DNA of 35,874 bases, taken from positions 1-35,874 of the IMG/VR virus record IMGVR_UViG_2913172373_000003; one strand, written 5' to 3'. This document shows positions 9,764 to 19,295 of the stretch, one piece after another (the first letter of the stretch is position 1; the number at the start of each line of letters is the position of its first letter). The stretch is from a virus. Its lineage: Duplodnaviria > Heunggongvirae > Uroviricota > Caudoviricetes. Position numbers and translations under genes: made by a program. The notes under the pieces are model-generated. The model had not been told where the DNA came from. It saw only the letters and a program-made list of their open reading frames with translations, and ran no database searches.

Positions 9764-10079
9764 TGAGTTTTACCGGCACTTCTTCTGCACTGGTTCCAGC
9801 ATCTGCCCAGACAACCCCGACCAGCGGATCAGAGCCGCTGTTAGTCAGCTGAACTTTTCCGGACTTCAGATAAACCTTCTTACCCGTTTTCATGTCATCC
9901 GTTTTCAGCTTAGGCAGCATAAACACACCTTCGGTCATGCCGTCGCCTGTTTCACCCTGTGGAATATCGGTCAGCGCCACCGCAAAAACATCGCCCACCT
10001 GCACCAGATCTCCGCTGCTGATGGCTGCACTGGCAACAATCGCCACCGTTTTTCCTTCTTCTACAAAATTCTTTGCCAT
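9756..10079 (-). CDS. DUF2190-like small head protein (possible decoration/cement protein)
   Basis: Start trimmed to ATG (MAKNFVEEGKTVAIVA...) with GGAGA SD; position directly after major capsid gene; family assignment from memory only. Confidence 0.55.
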   Translation of the reverse strand: MAKNFVEEGKTVAIVASAAISSGDLVQVGDVFAVALTDIPQGETGDGMTEGVFMLPKLKTDDMKTGKKVYLKSGKVQLTNSGSDPLVGVVWADAGTSAEEVPVKLNV

Positions 10080-10122
10080 AACTGTCTCCGCACAGCCCCG
10101 TTCAGGGGCTGATTTCAGGTAC

Positions 10123-10141
10123 AAAAAAAGCCCTTACGGGC
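10123..10141 (-). terminator. weak terminator-like hairpin after capsid gene
   Basis: Minus-strand GCCC-GTAA-GGGC followed by TTTTTTT, 25 nt downstream of capsid stop; second hairpin CAGCCCC-TGAAC-GGGGCTG at 10093-10111. Confidence 0.45.
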
Positions 10142-10165
10142 CATCAGAGTTGTTGTCTGCGACGT

Positions 10166-12124
10166 TTACGCCGTACATTTCACCAGACCGCGGTGATCAA
10201 CTGGCGCGACACCGGCGTCAATACGCACTTTCGTTGTCACGCCATCCACACTGAAGCCCTCCATCTGATCAATATATGGCGTATCCACACCGTTGAGATA
10301 AGCCACTTCAATCGTATCGGAGCCTTTGGACGCAGCCAGGTAGAAAGTGGTCTGGCTGTTATCATCAAGACGAGGCTCTGCAATAACGGTCGCAAAATCT
10401 TTCACCGGGTTAATAATACCGGCGTTAATGTCAGCCCCCTTGACACTTGAGGAGCGAATGACCTGGTTAGCAACAGACTCCATCGCCGTCGGTACCAGTA
10501 CGAACGCAGGACGAATATTCAGATGACGCTCCCCCTCTTTCTGAACACGCATCAACTGGCGGGCTTTATCCAGCGATGCCACGTCCATTGCAGCGCTCTC
10601 CAGTACGTTTGCATGTTTCGCTTTATCGAACAGACTTACATTATCTGTGGAGATTTTCGGGTTAGACGTCAGAATGGCATAAACCAGATCGGCAATAGTG
10701 GATTTCGCCGCACGGCCCAGTTTCATCGGGACATCGGTCAGCATATTCAGATCATCATTGATAATGGCCTGACGGGTGATACTGAACAGCTCGCCATAGG
10801 TCGCCAGTGCAATAGTGGCCTGTTTATCTCCGGTGGTGACGTATTTATATTCCGCCCCTTCACGCACCTGACGCAGAGCACTGAAGCCCCCCATACCCAC
10901 ACGATGGGCAATTTTAAAATCAGACAACTGACCTTTCCGCGTCCACTGTTCATAGGTTTCAGGGGCATCTTCCCAGCCCTGCAGAATGGCTTTGTTCGCA
11001 ACATCCAGCAGAATATTACCGAAGTCAGACGTACTGTGTGTGAACGCCGCACCGACCATCTGCATCGGGTTATAACTGGAAACCCCAATCCCCCGTTCAG
11101 TCAGTGACATACGAGCATATTCACGCAGGGTCATCCCGTTGTAGACATTATCACGTTCGGTTTTTTCAAATCCGGCACGCGCCATCAGCGCCTGGCGGAT
11201 CCCGTCCCCCACAAAATTACCGTTACCGGCATAAATATGAGCCGGGGTATTTTTATTGGATGGCGTGGACTCGCGCCCCATCTCGTTCAACAGCTTTTCG
11301 CGGGCCTGCTCCAGCGAACATTCAGGATCGGCAAGACACTGAGCCTGCAGCGTCTGATAACGCCCGCCAAACATGGCAAACAAATCATTAATACCGTTTA
11401 CACGCGCTTTTTGCTCTGCCAGTACCTGCGCACGGATACTGTTTTCATCCACCACGGGTGCTGCTGCCTGCACTGGCGTCCGGGAGGCTACAGGTTCATT
11501 ATCCTGTACGCGTGGAGCACTGTTGCGTGGCGGAGTAATCATGTTTCGAATGGATTCCGGCATCTTTTTAAATTCCTCTGTACGTTTTGACTGAATACAT
11601 GCCATTGCCTTAACGGCTGGCGTTACCTGATCAGCAAATCCATGTGCCAGACATTCGGCACCGGACATCCAGGTCTCATCCGCCAGCATGGCAGCAATTT
11701 CATCGGTGGTTTTCCCGGTTTTCTGTGCATAAGCGGGTAACAGAACCGCCTCAACCTTATCGAGCAGGTCGGCATAGGTGCGCATGTCCTCCGCATCACC
11801 GCCCGTAAAGCCAAATGGTTTATGAATCATCATGAAGGTGTTTTCCGGCATAATGACCGGGTTTCCCACCATCGCAATGACCGACGCCATTGACGCCGCC
11901 ACACCGTCGACATAAACGGTAATGGACGCACCATGTGTTTTCAGCGCATTAAAAATGGCGATGCCTTCAAAGACATCGCCACCCGGTGAATTAATATGGA
12001 GATTAATGTGGGTGATATCGCCCAGTGCATTCAGATCACTGATAAACTGCTTCGCTGTAACACCCCAGAAACCAATCTCGTCATAAATATAAATATCCGC
12101 GTCACTCTGGTGACCAGCCTGCAT
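10166..12124 (-). CDS. fused prohead protease (ClpP/S14-like) - scaffold linker - HK97-fold major capsid protein
   Basis: Start trimmed to ATG 14 nt after portal stop (MQAGHQSDADIYIYDEIGF...); N-terminal ClpP-like region (HINSPGGDVFEG, GVAASMAS); long C-terminal capsid-like domain; ORF-track N-terminal extension overlaps portal. Confidence 0.8.
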   Translation of the reverse strand: MQAGHQSDADIYIYDEIGFWGVTAKQFISDLNALGDITHINLHINSPGGDVFEGIAIFNALKTHGASITVYVDGVAASMASVIAMVGNPVIMPENTFMMIHKPFGFTGGDAEDMRTYADLLDKVEAVLLPAYAQKTGKTTDEIAAMLADETWMSGAECLAHGFADQVTPAVKAMACIQSKRTEEFKKMPESIRNMITPPRNSAPRVQDNEPVASRTPVQAAAPVVDENSIRAQVLAEQKARVNGINDLFAMFGGRYQTLQAQCLADPECSLEQAREKLLNEMGRESTPSNKNTPAHIYAGNGNFVGDGIRQALMARAGFEKTERDNVYNGMTLREYARMSLTERGIGVSSYNPMQMVGAAFTHSTSDFGNILLDVANKAILQGWEDAPETYEQWTRKGQLSDFKIAHRVGMGGFSALRQVREGAEYKYVTTGDKQATIALATYGELFSITRQAIINDDLNMLTDVPMKLGRAAKSTIADLVYAILTSNPKISTDNVSLFDKAKHANVLESAAMDVASLDKARQLMRVQKEGERHLNIRPAFVLVPTAMESVANQVIRSSSVKGADINAGIINPVKDFATVIAEPRLDDNSQTTFYLAASKGSDTIEVAYLNGVDTPYIDQMEGFSVDGVTTKVRIDAGVAPVDHRGLVKCTA

Positions 12125-12137
12125 CCTGAACCAGGAA

Positions 12138-13646
12138 TTATTCTTCGGACTGGTCGTCGGTGTGCTGCGGCTCCTGTCGTTTCGTTGCGGCACTGCTGCC
12201 TCCTTTATCACTGGCCGGATCGGTATCAAATACCAGATCCAGCTTGCGGTTTTCATCAATTTCGGCCTTGCGCCGACGTTTGACATCATCCGGATTACGA
12301 CCACCAGCACGTACCCAGTCTGATTCTGTCGCCGCTCCACCACGAATCTGGATTTTCCAGGCCTCAGCCTCCTTAACAGGGTCAATCCACGGCATCACTG
12401 GTCCGGAATACACCGCGGTATACAGTGAAGAACGGTCAAGATCGCGGGGTAGCCTGATAACACCGGATGCCACAGCCTGTTTCAGCCAGGCACGATACAT
12501 CGGGCGGGTGACGGCACCAATAAACCAGTCCTGCAGGATCAGGTAGCCATCAGTAGACTCAACCAGTTCCTGACGCTGGGCGCTGTAAGTGCCGTTATAG
12601 TTGCGTGCCGTACTGGAAAAACTCAGACGACTGCCCGCCGCCACGGCACGCAACTGACCATTACGAAAAGTTTCAAGGTTAGGATTGGGACGATCCGACT
12701 TCACCATTCCGATTTCTTCGCCGGGTTTCAGATCGTCGTAAATAATGCCTGGCTGAATGGTAAGCTCGCGTTCATTCTCCTTGCTGCCATTACCATCCGG
12801 TTCATAGCTCTGCCCGTCGCCTTTGCGGATGTACATCCCCAGAGCAGCGGCGATCCTTGCTGCAGTCAGCTCAGAATCTTCATACTCTTTCAGGGCACTG
12901 AGGCGGATCAGCACACCGGACAACAAAGACGTCCCGCGCATCTGGTGCAGGCGGCGAACAAATTTAAGATGCAGCATTCGCTCTGCATCCACTTCTTTGG
13001 TTTCCATCTGCCGCCCGGATACGGGACGGCTTTTATACACCAGATATTTTTCGGGACGCCCCCAGTCATCAACAAACACGCCCTGATTCAGCCTGTTGCT
13101 CTCATCACTGGTCATGGGAATAAAGTCCGGCTCGAGCGCCTCCAGCCAGAAATGAACACCGGCAGAAGGCGTCAGGCTGTTTATGCGCCCGGAAACCATC
13201 TGGGCAAACACCTCACCATCGCGCAGCCAGGTACGCAGCATCAGACGTTCCAGCATCGGACGGGTAAACTGCCCGGTGACTTCCGGACTGACAGACCATT
13301 CACTCCATCGGGTGCGTATCTCCGCTGCCAGATCACGGGCAATGGCCCCATTGCGTAATACCGGATGTGGCTCGACAATAATCCCGTTTTTCCCCACCAC
13401 CCGTTCTTCCAGCTTGTCAAATACACCAATAACCAGATCGTGGTTGTTATCAAGGTAACGGGCCTGCTCACGTAACGACACGGCCCCGTACTGGCTTAAC
13501 TGGTCGGCAGTTCGGTTTTCCCGCCGGGCTTTGTGTGTCCGCGTCGTTTTTACGGCCTCATAAGCCTGGATCACCGCACGGGAACGCAGCCTTGCCGCTT
13601 TCCATCCTGGTGAAAAAACGCCAATCACATCATCAAGAATTGCCAT
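12138..13646 (-). CDS. B: portal protein (lambda gpB family)
   Basis: 502 aa from ATG overlapping W stop (TGATG); position between W and capsid genes; lambda B-like size; acidic C-terminus. Confidence 0.85.
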   Translation of the reverse strand: MAILDDVIGVFSPGWKAARLRSRAVIQAYEAVKTTRTHKARRENRTADQLSQYGAVSLREQARYLDNNHDLVIGVFDKLEERVVGKNGIIVEPHPVLRNGAIARDLAAEIRTRWSEWSVSPEVTGQFTRPMLERLMLRTWLRDGEVFAQMVSGRINSLTPSAGVHFWLEALEPDFIPMTSDESNRLNQGVFVDDWGRPEKYLVYKSRPVSGRQMETKEVDAERMLHLKFVRRLHQMRGTSLLSGVLIRLSALKEYEDSELTAARIAAALGMYIRKGDGQSYEPDGNGSKENERELTIQPGIIYDDLKPGEEIGMVKSDRPNPNLETFRNGQLRAVAAGSRLSFSSTARNYNGTYSAQRQELVESTDGYLILQDWFIGAVTRPMYRAWLKQAVASGVIRLPRDLDRSSLYTAVYSGPVMPWIDPVKEAEAWKIQIRGGAATESDWVRAGGRNPDDVKRRRKAEIDENRKLDLVFDTDPASDKGGSSAATKRQEPQHTDDQSEE

Positions 13647-13858
13647 CAGAACCTCGCCAGCCGGTACCCGGGATGCCCCCGTCGTCGTGTAATCAGAGCC
13701 GCAAGGCGGCGCTCCCACTCCTGCCGTCCCTGCCGGATCTCAGATAAGTTTTCCATGGTCATCTGCTGACCATTAAAGGTGACGGATTTTCCGTCCAGCA
13801 CCGCCATTTCAGCTTCCGTATAACGCTGAATCATGGCTTCGATATCATTCTGGTTCAT
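13646..13858 (-). CDS. W: head-tail joining protein W
   Basis: 70 aa from ATG (MNQNDIEAMIQRYTEAEMAVLDGKSV...) with GGAGG SD 6 nt upstream and ATGA overlap with terminase stop; gpW-like size and position. Confidence 0.75.
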   Translation of the reverse strand: MNQNDIEAMIQRYTEAEMAVLDGKSVTFNGQQMTMENLSEIRQGRQEWERRLAALITRRRGHPGYRLARF

Positions 13859-15957
13859 AACCATCCTCCGGAAGTCAGCCAGGGGTTAACATCGTCAGTT
13901 ACTGTTTTCTTCCGTTTTTGTTTTTTAACAGGCGTGGATACCGGTTCCGGTGAGGGTGACGGTTCGGTACTGTCCGGGACACACTCCAGCCAGGTTTCCC
14001 GGCTCGCCCACTCCGGTGCATCCGGCCAGCGGATCTTTTCGTATCCATGCAGAATGACCAGAGCCTCGGCATACACCATCAGGTCAAAAGCTTCGTTGGC
14101 ACCGCGACCCGGCTTACTCCATTTCCCGTCACTACTCCGCTCTTCATACGTCAGTTCGTCGTAAAACCAGCTCCCCAGCCAGTCAGGGAAATGCACATAG
14201 CCGGGACCTGGAGAGTCACGCCATAACGCGTTATTCACCCGGTCTTTCAGGGCATCCGTCTGAAGAAGCCAGAGCGGCACATCACCTGCGGCCTGCGCCC
14301 GTCGGCCCGTTCGTCCGGTGTTATCAGGGAATGTACGGGTGATCAGTTTTGCGCGCCGGATGCTGTCGCCCTTAAACAGGTAAATACGTTTACCAAGGCC
14401 ATCACGACGGCAACGACGCCAGAATTTATAGGCATTATCAGTGACCCCGTCTTCACCGCCGGAGTCCACCGCCATTGCCATCAGTCGCATTTGTTGAGAA
14501 GGATCGGAGGCCAGCGGCCAGCTTTTATGAAAAACATCCGTCAGCAGGACATCCCAGTCTTCCGGATAGCTGGCCGGATCAATTCGCTGGCTCTCCCCGT
14601 CGCTGTCACCGCGCAATGACTGCGTGATGTTGTAACGATCAATAATCCAGCGTTCGCCACGGCTGCCATAGCCCGTTACCTGAACCACAAAACGGCGATG
14701 ACGTCCCGCCTGCACATCAACTGTCGCCACCAGGAAATTAACGCCATCCGGCACACTGCGGGAAGGAACTGGCTCTGCCCGCTGCTCAAGCAGTTCACTT
14801 TTTCGTTGCTCCATGCTGGCACGGGGAAGATAAGGTAATCCCCAGTCGGTATTGATAACCGTCTTGAGTGTTTCTTCACTTCCGGTTGTCTCGTATTCCT
14901 GTTCTGCAGTAAGCAGCTTGTAAACGAGTTGCGAGAGTGTCTGGTAAGCAGCTGCCGGACCCTCCATCCAGAATGACGCAATACGTGAGCGTCGGGGATC
15001 ACCATAACGACTGCCATCCGCATTGATGGATTCACCATCCCGCAACCAGACCCCACGTCCGTTCAGCTCACGTTTTTGTTCAGGCATAATCCGTCCTGAA
15101 CAGGAAGGACACTGAATATAAGCCGCCTCACTTGCCAGCACGGGATCGGCAATATCACGGAAACCAGCAACCACATCGCCGCAGGGCTGAAAATACTCAC
15201 CACAGTGTGGACAGGGCCAGTACCAGCGACGGCGATCGCCACGGTTATAGAGCGACAGTATCCCCGTGGTTGGTGGAGCCTCATGCGGTGAAGTCCGTCG
15301 CCATTTCACATCCTTCACATCCCTGCCGGGGGAACTCTCCACCAGCGTCATACCACTGGACATAAATGTGGTGGTACGTTTTGAGGCAAGAGAGAAGGCA
15401 TCCCCCTCGCCATCAATATCTTCCGGAAAACGGTCATAATCCGTCAGCGCCACGCATTTATAATCTGATGAGGACATGATATTGACTGACGGCCAGCCGA
15501 TTTTCAGGTAGTTGCCAGCAAGGAATGTTCTGTCATAAACGTTGTTGTCATTTTTGTTCGGACTCAGGCGACTGACCACTTCCGGGCTGACGCGAAACGT
15601 TCTGGCAAGTCGTTTTTTGGAGTGTTCGCGGGCTTTTTCCTCCGTCATCTGAATAATCAGCATATCCGCAGGATCGCAAATCACGTTGTAAATCACCCAG
15701 CCGTCAATCAGGCCGATAGTCTTGCCAGTTCGTGCCGGGCCAACAAATATCACTGCGTCGTATTCACGCGAGGCCAGGCAGTTCATCGGCTCAATAACAT
15801 ACGGTGCCACCAGCGGATCCCACGGGACTGAGTTCCCGGCCCCCATGGGCACCCGCATATACTGAGCAACGGCATCAGCAACCAGCATTCGTCTCGGTGC
15901 GCGAAGGATATAACCTGAATCGGTTCGTGCTGCCTTTGCGGTTTCCTGATTCAGCAT
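13855..15957 (-). CDS. A: terminase large subunit (lambda gpA-like)
   Basis: 700 aa; GPARTGKT Walker-A-like motif; CPHCGE zinc motif as in lambda gpA (ACPHCGEE); start overlaps small-subunit stop. Confidence 0.9.
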   Translation of the reverse strand: MLNQETAKAARTDSGYILRAPRRMLVADAVAQYMRVPMGAGNSVPWDPLVAPYVIEPMNCLASREYDAVIFVGPARTGKTIGLIDGWVIYNVICDPADMLIIQMTEEKAREHSKKRLARTFRVSPEVVSRLSPNKNDNNVYDRTFLAGNYLKIGWPSVNIMSSSDYKCVALTDYDRFPEDIDGEGDAFSLASKRTTTFMSSGMTLVESSPGRDVKDVKWRRTSPHEAPPTTGILSLYNRGDRRRWYWPCPHCGEYFQPCGDVVAGFRDIADPVLASEAAYIQCPSCSGRIMPEQKRELNGRGVWLRDGESINADGSRYGDPRRSRIASFWMEGPAAAYQTLSQLVYKLLTAEQEYETTGSEETLKTVINTDWGLPYLPRASMEQRKSELLEQRAEPVPSRSVPDGVNFLVATVDVQAGRHRRFVVQVTGYGSRGERWIIDRYNITQSLRGDSDGESQRIDPASYPEDWDVLLTDVFHKSWPLASDPSQQMRLMAMAVDSGGEDGVTDNAYKFWRRCRRDGLGKRIYLFKGDSIRRAKLITRTFPDNTGRTGRRAQAAGDVPLWLLQTDALKDRVNNALWRDSPGPGYVHFPDWLGSWFYDELTYEERSSDGKWSKPGRGANEAFDLMVYAEALVILHGYEKIRWPDAPEWASRETWLECVPDSTEPSPSPEPVSTPVKKQKRKKTVTDDVNPWLTSGGWL

Positions 15958-16448
15958 TACTCCTCCTGCTGTAATTCCTCCTCATCATCCGCACCTGCTT
16001 CGGTCACCCGCAGGGCTATCTGATCGCGCAGATCATCAATAATGGACTGAACACGGCTCACAGCGGCAGGCTGCAGGCCGCAGTCACGTTCCAGAATATC
16101 CGGTAATGTCTCCAGCACCTGCACGACCGCTTTTGCCCAGATGGCAAACTCCCGTCTGACATCACTGGCCGGAATGAGTTGTGCCGTTTCCTGTTCGAAC
16201 TTAAGACGCTCACGTTCAGACTGATACCAGGCTTTGCGTTCATGTGGATCCATTTCGCCCTCAGCAACCGGCGGTGGTAACCCCATAAATTCAGTCAGAA
16301 TATCGGTCAACCGGTATAGCTTGAGTTTGTCATGTCCACCAGCGGGACGAATGTTTTTCAGTCTTGCCACGACAGTCTGGCGGTGCAGACCAGATAAAGC
16401 CGCCAGTTGATTAATATTCAGCACCAGGTTTTTCAACTCATGATCCAT
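15957..16448 (-). CDS. Nu1: terminase small subunit (Nu1-like)
   Basis: 163 aa; N-terminal HTH (LNINQLAALSGLHRQTVVARLKN), acidic C-terminus; first gene downstream of the cos-like region. Confidence 0.8.
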   Translation of the reverse strand: MDHELKNLVLNINQLAALSGLHRQTVVARLKNIRPAGGHDKLKLYRLTDILTEFMGLPPPVAEGEMDPHERKAWYQSERERLKFEQETAQLIPASDVRREFAIWAKAVVQVLETLPDILERDCGLQPAAVSRVQSIIDDLRDQIALRVTEAGADDEEELQQEE

Positions 16449-16501
16449 ATTTCCTCCGGAGAGCTTTAAACATGCATCGTGCGAACAACTTTAAGAAAAC
16501 G

Positions 16502-16536
16502 CGTTCGATGTCGAACAAAAAACACTCAATTCGACA
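16502..16536. promoter_or_regulatory. cosB-like inverted repeats (candidate terminase small-subunit binding sites)
   Basis: GTTCGA-TG-TCGAAC palindrome and 8-bp inverted repeat ATGTCGAA...TTCGACAT between cosN candidate and the Nu1 start. Confidence 0.45.
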
Positions 16537-16617
16537 TACAAAAAACAAATAACCATTAATAATCAATAAGATGCAAAGATGATGGTGGCCGATAAAAATG
16601 CAAAAACTAGCCTTTTT

Positions 16618-16635
16618 CCGCGACGCTCCCGCCCC
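16618..16635. other. candidate cosN cohesive-end site
   Basis: Minus-strand GGGGCGGGAGCGTCGCGG resembles lambda cosN GGGCGGCGACCTCGCGGG; about 170 bp upstream of the Nu1 start, as in lambda. Confidence 0.55.
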
Positions 16636-17042
16636 GTGGCAGGCCACCCCACCGGGAGGACCCGTCAGCCTGACAGCCATGACGAACGTCTGATACAGCC
16701 CTTGCATGAATGGCATCGGGATAATCCAGAAAGGAATAGCATCGACCCACAAGAATCTGTGTGAGTGTCCTGTTTCTTCCACCCCCGCACAGGACTGGCG
16801 AGCATGAGGGACAAACCCGCGAATCATTAGCGCGGTAAAAACCCGGTGTGCATCGTTTTTGATTATTCCCGCACACTCGCGCAGAAGGAGTTCCCCGTCG
16901 GGCTACGGTCATGGTTAATGCAGGAATACGGCGACGATACAGCGCATAATGTGTCAGGCTTGAATACCTTTATCGAATCCCGGTAACGAATTCTCCTGAC
17001 GTTCCAGTCAGGTGATGATATGCATGGTGAGATTCAGATATG

Positions 17043-17066
17043 AAAAAGCCCCGCTAAAAGCGAGGC
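17043..17066 (-). terminator. intrinsic terminator after the last late-operon gene
   Basis: Minus-strand GCCTCGC-TTTTA-GCGGGGC (one G-U pair) followed by TTTTT. Confidence 0.55.
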
Positions 17067-17084
17067 CATAAATCACTTAATATC

Positions 17085-17459
17085 TTATTGAGGACGCTGG
17101 AGTAATCCGTGCTGAGCGAGAGTTAGAGCAATGTCATAAGACCCTTGCCTGTCTTTATAGCAAGTTTTATCAACTAGCTCAGCTTTGCTAATTCCGGGTA
17201 AATCAAGAATCAGATTCGCAACTTCAATTGCCCTTTGGTACAACTTACCGATCTTTTTCTCCCCATGATGTGGTTTTACATTCTTCAGATAACCGCTATC
17301 CGCCAGAGCGAGAAACGTTGCCCTTGGGCATCCCTTCTTTCTTGCCGATTCGCTTTCTGTAACCTCAGCGACAGCAGCATCCCATGCATCACGAGGGGAT
17401 ATAGAATTATCAGAAACCAAATAATAAGCAATTAAAGCGGCGCGCGCGTATTGAGACAT
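17085..17459 (-). CDS. hypothetical protein downstream of Rz
   Basis: ORF-track frame 17085..17510; first ATG gives MSQYARAALIAYYLVSDNSISPRDAWDAAV...; moderately AT-rich; no family recognised. Confidence 0.45.
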   Translation of the reverse strand: MSQYARAALIAYYLVSDNSISPRDAWDAAVAEVTESESARKKGCPRATFLALADSGYLKNVKPHHGEKKIGKLYQRAIEVANLILDLPGISKAELVDKTCYKDRQGSYDIALTLAQHGLLQRPQ

Positions 17460-17497
17460 AATGCATCCATATACAAAAATCTTATGATAAGACTTTT

Positions 17498-17941
17498 CTA
17501 ATATGAACACTGTGATCTCACATACTCTTGCAGGCCATTCAATTGGTTAGTTATGGTTTCGATGCGCTCTCTGAGAACGAAATAATCCCGTTGAGCGGTG
17601 TCAGTAAGTCTGGGGCTGGCGCCATCATCCACGCCGGAGGCGGCGGTGGTTTTATGCATGTCCGGACAGACTGCTTTGACGTGCAGCCACTTACGACCAG
17701 CAGAAACATCAGCACGAAGACTTTCGATAGTCGCGTTAGCATCAGCAAGCTCCTTTGTGTATCTGGCGTCGAGTTCTGCTACATCACGTTGACGCTTCTG
17801 CATGTCAGCGATAATAGATGCGGCTTTATCACGCTGCTCTTTGTAGGCGATGGCGTTATCACGATAATGATTGACCGCCCATGACAGGCTGACGATGATG
17901 CAGATAACCAGAGCATAAATAATCGCGGCAACTCTGCTCAC
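17498..17941 (-). CDS. Rz: i-spanin Rz
   Basis: GTG start overlapping endolysin stop (GTGA) with GGGGGA SD; [34 protein letters not shown] closely matches lambda Rz. Confidence 0.85.
   Translation of the reverse strand: MSRVAAIIYALVICIIVSLSWAVNHYRDNAIAYKEQRDKAASIIADMQKRQRDVAELDARYTKELADANATIESLRADVSAGRKWLHVKAVCPDMHKTTAASGVDDGASPRLTDTAQRDYFVLRERIETITNQLNGLQEYVRSQCSY
17551..17742 (-). CDS. Rz1: o-spanin Rz1 (lipoprotein, embedded in Rz in +1 frame)
   Basis: [26 protein letters not shown]...KPPPPPAW...TPLNGIIS matches lambda Rz1 lipobox and Pro-rich core. Confidence 0.8.
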   Translation of the reverse strand: MLTRLSKVFVLMFLLVVSGCTSKQSVRTCIKPPPPPAWMMAPAPDLLTPLNGIISFSESASKP

Positions 17942-18471
17942 TGATCTATCCCCCAACAGGCTAATGCGCTTTCCTGGTCACGACGAATAACCTGTCCGTA
18001 GCAGTTATTTGAACGTATGCGGCAATCACGCCCACCGTCCCTAATCCACCAGCGAATCGCCTCACAGGCACCTTTACGATCACCGGCATTAAGCCGCTTA
18101 TAAAACGTCGACGGGAAACACTTACCGGGACCAATGTTATAGGGACAAAATGACGCTATACCCGCTTTCTGTGGTTCGGTCAGTGGTACTTTAATATTGC
18201 GCTCCACCCATGCCAGCGCCTTATCACGTTCAATGGCGTTAACCTGGTCGCATTTTTCCTTCGACAGTTTCATACCGGAAAAAACGGGTTTTCCATCCAC
18301 CATCGTGGCACCCCTACAGATGGTCCAGATGCCGGAACCATCGCTGTATGCCGTTGTGTGGTTACCTTCTTTTTCATCCAGAAACTGGTCGAGAATATCA
18401 GGCGCAGGCGCACCGACGGCAATCAGTGCCAGAACGGCAGCCGACAGGCCGTATCTGATTTTTACGTTCAT
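17938..18471 (-). CDS. R: endolysin, T4-lysozyme-like with N-terminal SAR/signal segment
   Basis: 177 aa; hydrophobic Gly/Ala-rich N-terminus [18 protein letters not shown]; E-x8-D-x5-T catalytic spacing ([16 protein letters not shown]); paired with an S21-like pinholin. Confidence 0.85.
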   Translation of the reverse strand: MNVKIRYGLSAAVLALIAVGAPAPDILDQFLDEKEGNHTTAYSDGSGIWTICRGATMVDGKPVFSGMKLSKEKCDQVNAIERDKALAWVERNIKVPLTEPQKAGIASFCPYNIGPGKCFPSTFYKRLNAGDRKGACEAIRWWIRDGGRDCRIRSNNCYGQVIRRDQESALACWGIDQ

Positions 18472-18597
18472 GGATATTTATCAGGATTTATCGGTTTCTG
18501 AACCCTGGATATGTTAAGCATTCAGCCCGTCAGTGGTAGGACACTGGCGTAAACTCAACAAGGCGAGATGGCTGCCTCGCAAAGATAAGGAACAGAT

Positions 18598-18873
18598 ATG
18601 AGTGAAGAAAATAGCAAAGAATATACAGCGCTTTTTGACAGAATTTTTACTCTTGAGTTACAGGTCGGTTTTCTTCTCCCAAAGATAATCAAAGCCATGG
18701 ACGCACTAGGTAAGAATAACGCCGTGTCAAATTACCTGATCGCCGAAATGGAACATCTAATTAAAGAGATACCAAAGACCGATGCTCGTAATGATAAAAG
18801 AGTCCTCAAGGCTGCTGAAAATGCTCTTTCAACCGTGAAGCGCAGCTTAGACGCACCGCGCGATCAAGAATAG
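18598..18873 (+). CDS. hypothetical small protein, antisense within the lysis cassette
   Basis: 91 aa ATG ORF with AAGGA SD 6 nt upstream; terminator-like hairpin downstream; AT-rich; 3' end overlaps the convergent 161-aa ORF. Confidence 0.4.
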   Translation: MSEENSKEYTALFDRIFTLELQVGFLLPKIIKAMDALGKNNAVSNYLIAEMEHLIKEIPKTDARNDKRVLKAAENALSTVKRSLDAPRDQE

Positions 18874-19291
18874 TTTCTTTCATTTCGTCTAATGCAAGCA
18901 CCTCATCTTTTGTTGGGGTGCTTTTTTTCAATTCAGAGATATAGCACTCCAGTTGTTCAATACGTGATTCAATATCATCCTTTACAGACAGTATCGTATT
19001 ATCTGAACTGTTAATTTTTATGGTATACCGCGGCTCAAAACAGGGGCGCTTTTCATGCAACGCCCTCCCTTCACATAACTTGGCTGCAACATCCCGGAAC
19101 AATGCCTTTGCCTGTTTTATTGCCTCTTCCTCGTAAAATTCAAGAGCTGCTCCACCCTGTCGCTCAAGGTTGATGTTCAGATCAAAAATTTCACCGGCAA
19201 AATGTTCTTTGTCCTGTAAAGTTAAGATTACCGTAACTTTATTCTCAAAATTGCGGGTCCCTTTCACAATCAGTTCATAGTTTTGGGTCAT
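18806..19291 (-). CDS. hypothetical protein inserted between holin and endolysin
   Basis: 161 aa ATG ORF (MTQNYELIVKGTRNFENKV...) with GAGGGGAG SD lying in the holin 3' end; AT-rich codon usage unlike flanking lysis genes; no TM segments. Confidence 0.5.
   Translation of the reverse strand: MTQNYELIVKGTRNFENKVTVILTLQDKEHFAGEIFDLNINLERQGGAALEFYEEEAIKQAKALFRDVAAKLCEGRALHEKRPCFEPRYTIKINSSDNTILSVKDDIESRIEQLECYISELKKSTPTKDEVLALDEMKETILDRAVRLSCASRLKEHFQQP
18897..18928 (+). terminator. terminator-like hairpin for the plus-strand small ORF
   Basis: AGCACC-13 nt loop-GGTGCT followed by TTTTTT. Confidence 0.4.
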
Positions 19292-19295
19292 TATA

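Noticed and set aside
14676-15284. Minus- and plus-strand ORFs nested within the terminase large-subunit gene
   Set aside because: Alternative-frame overlaps of a confidently assigned gene; Arg/Cys-rich composition, no ribosome-binding sites.
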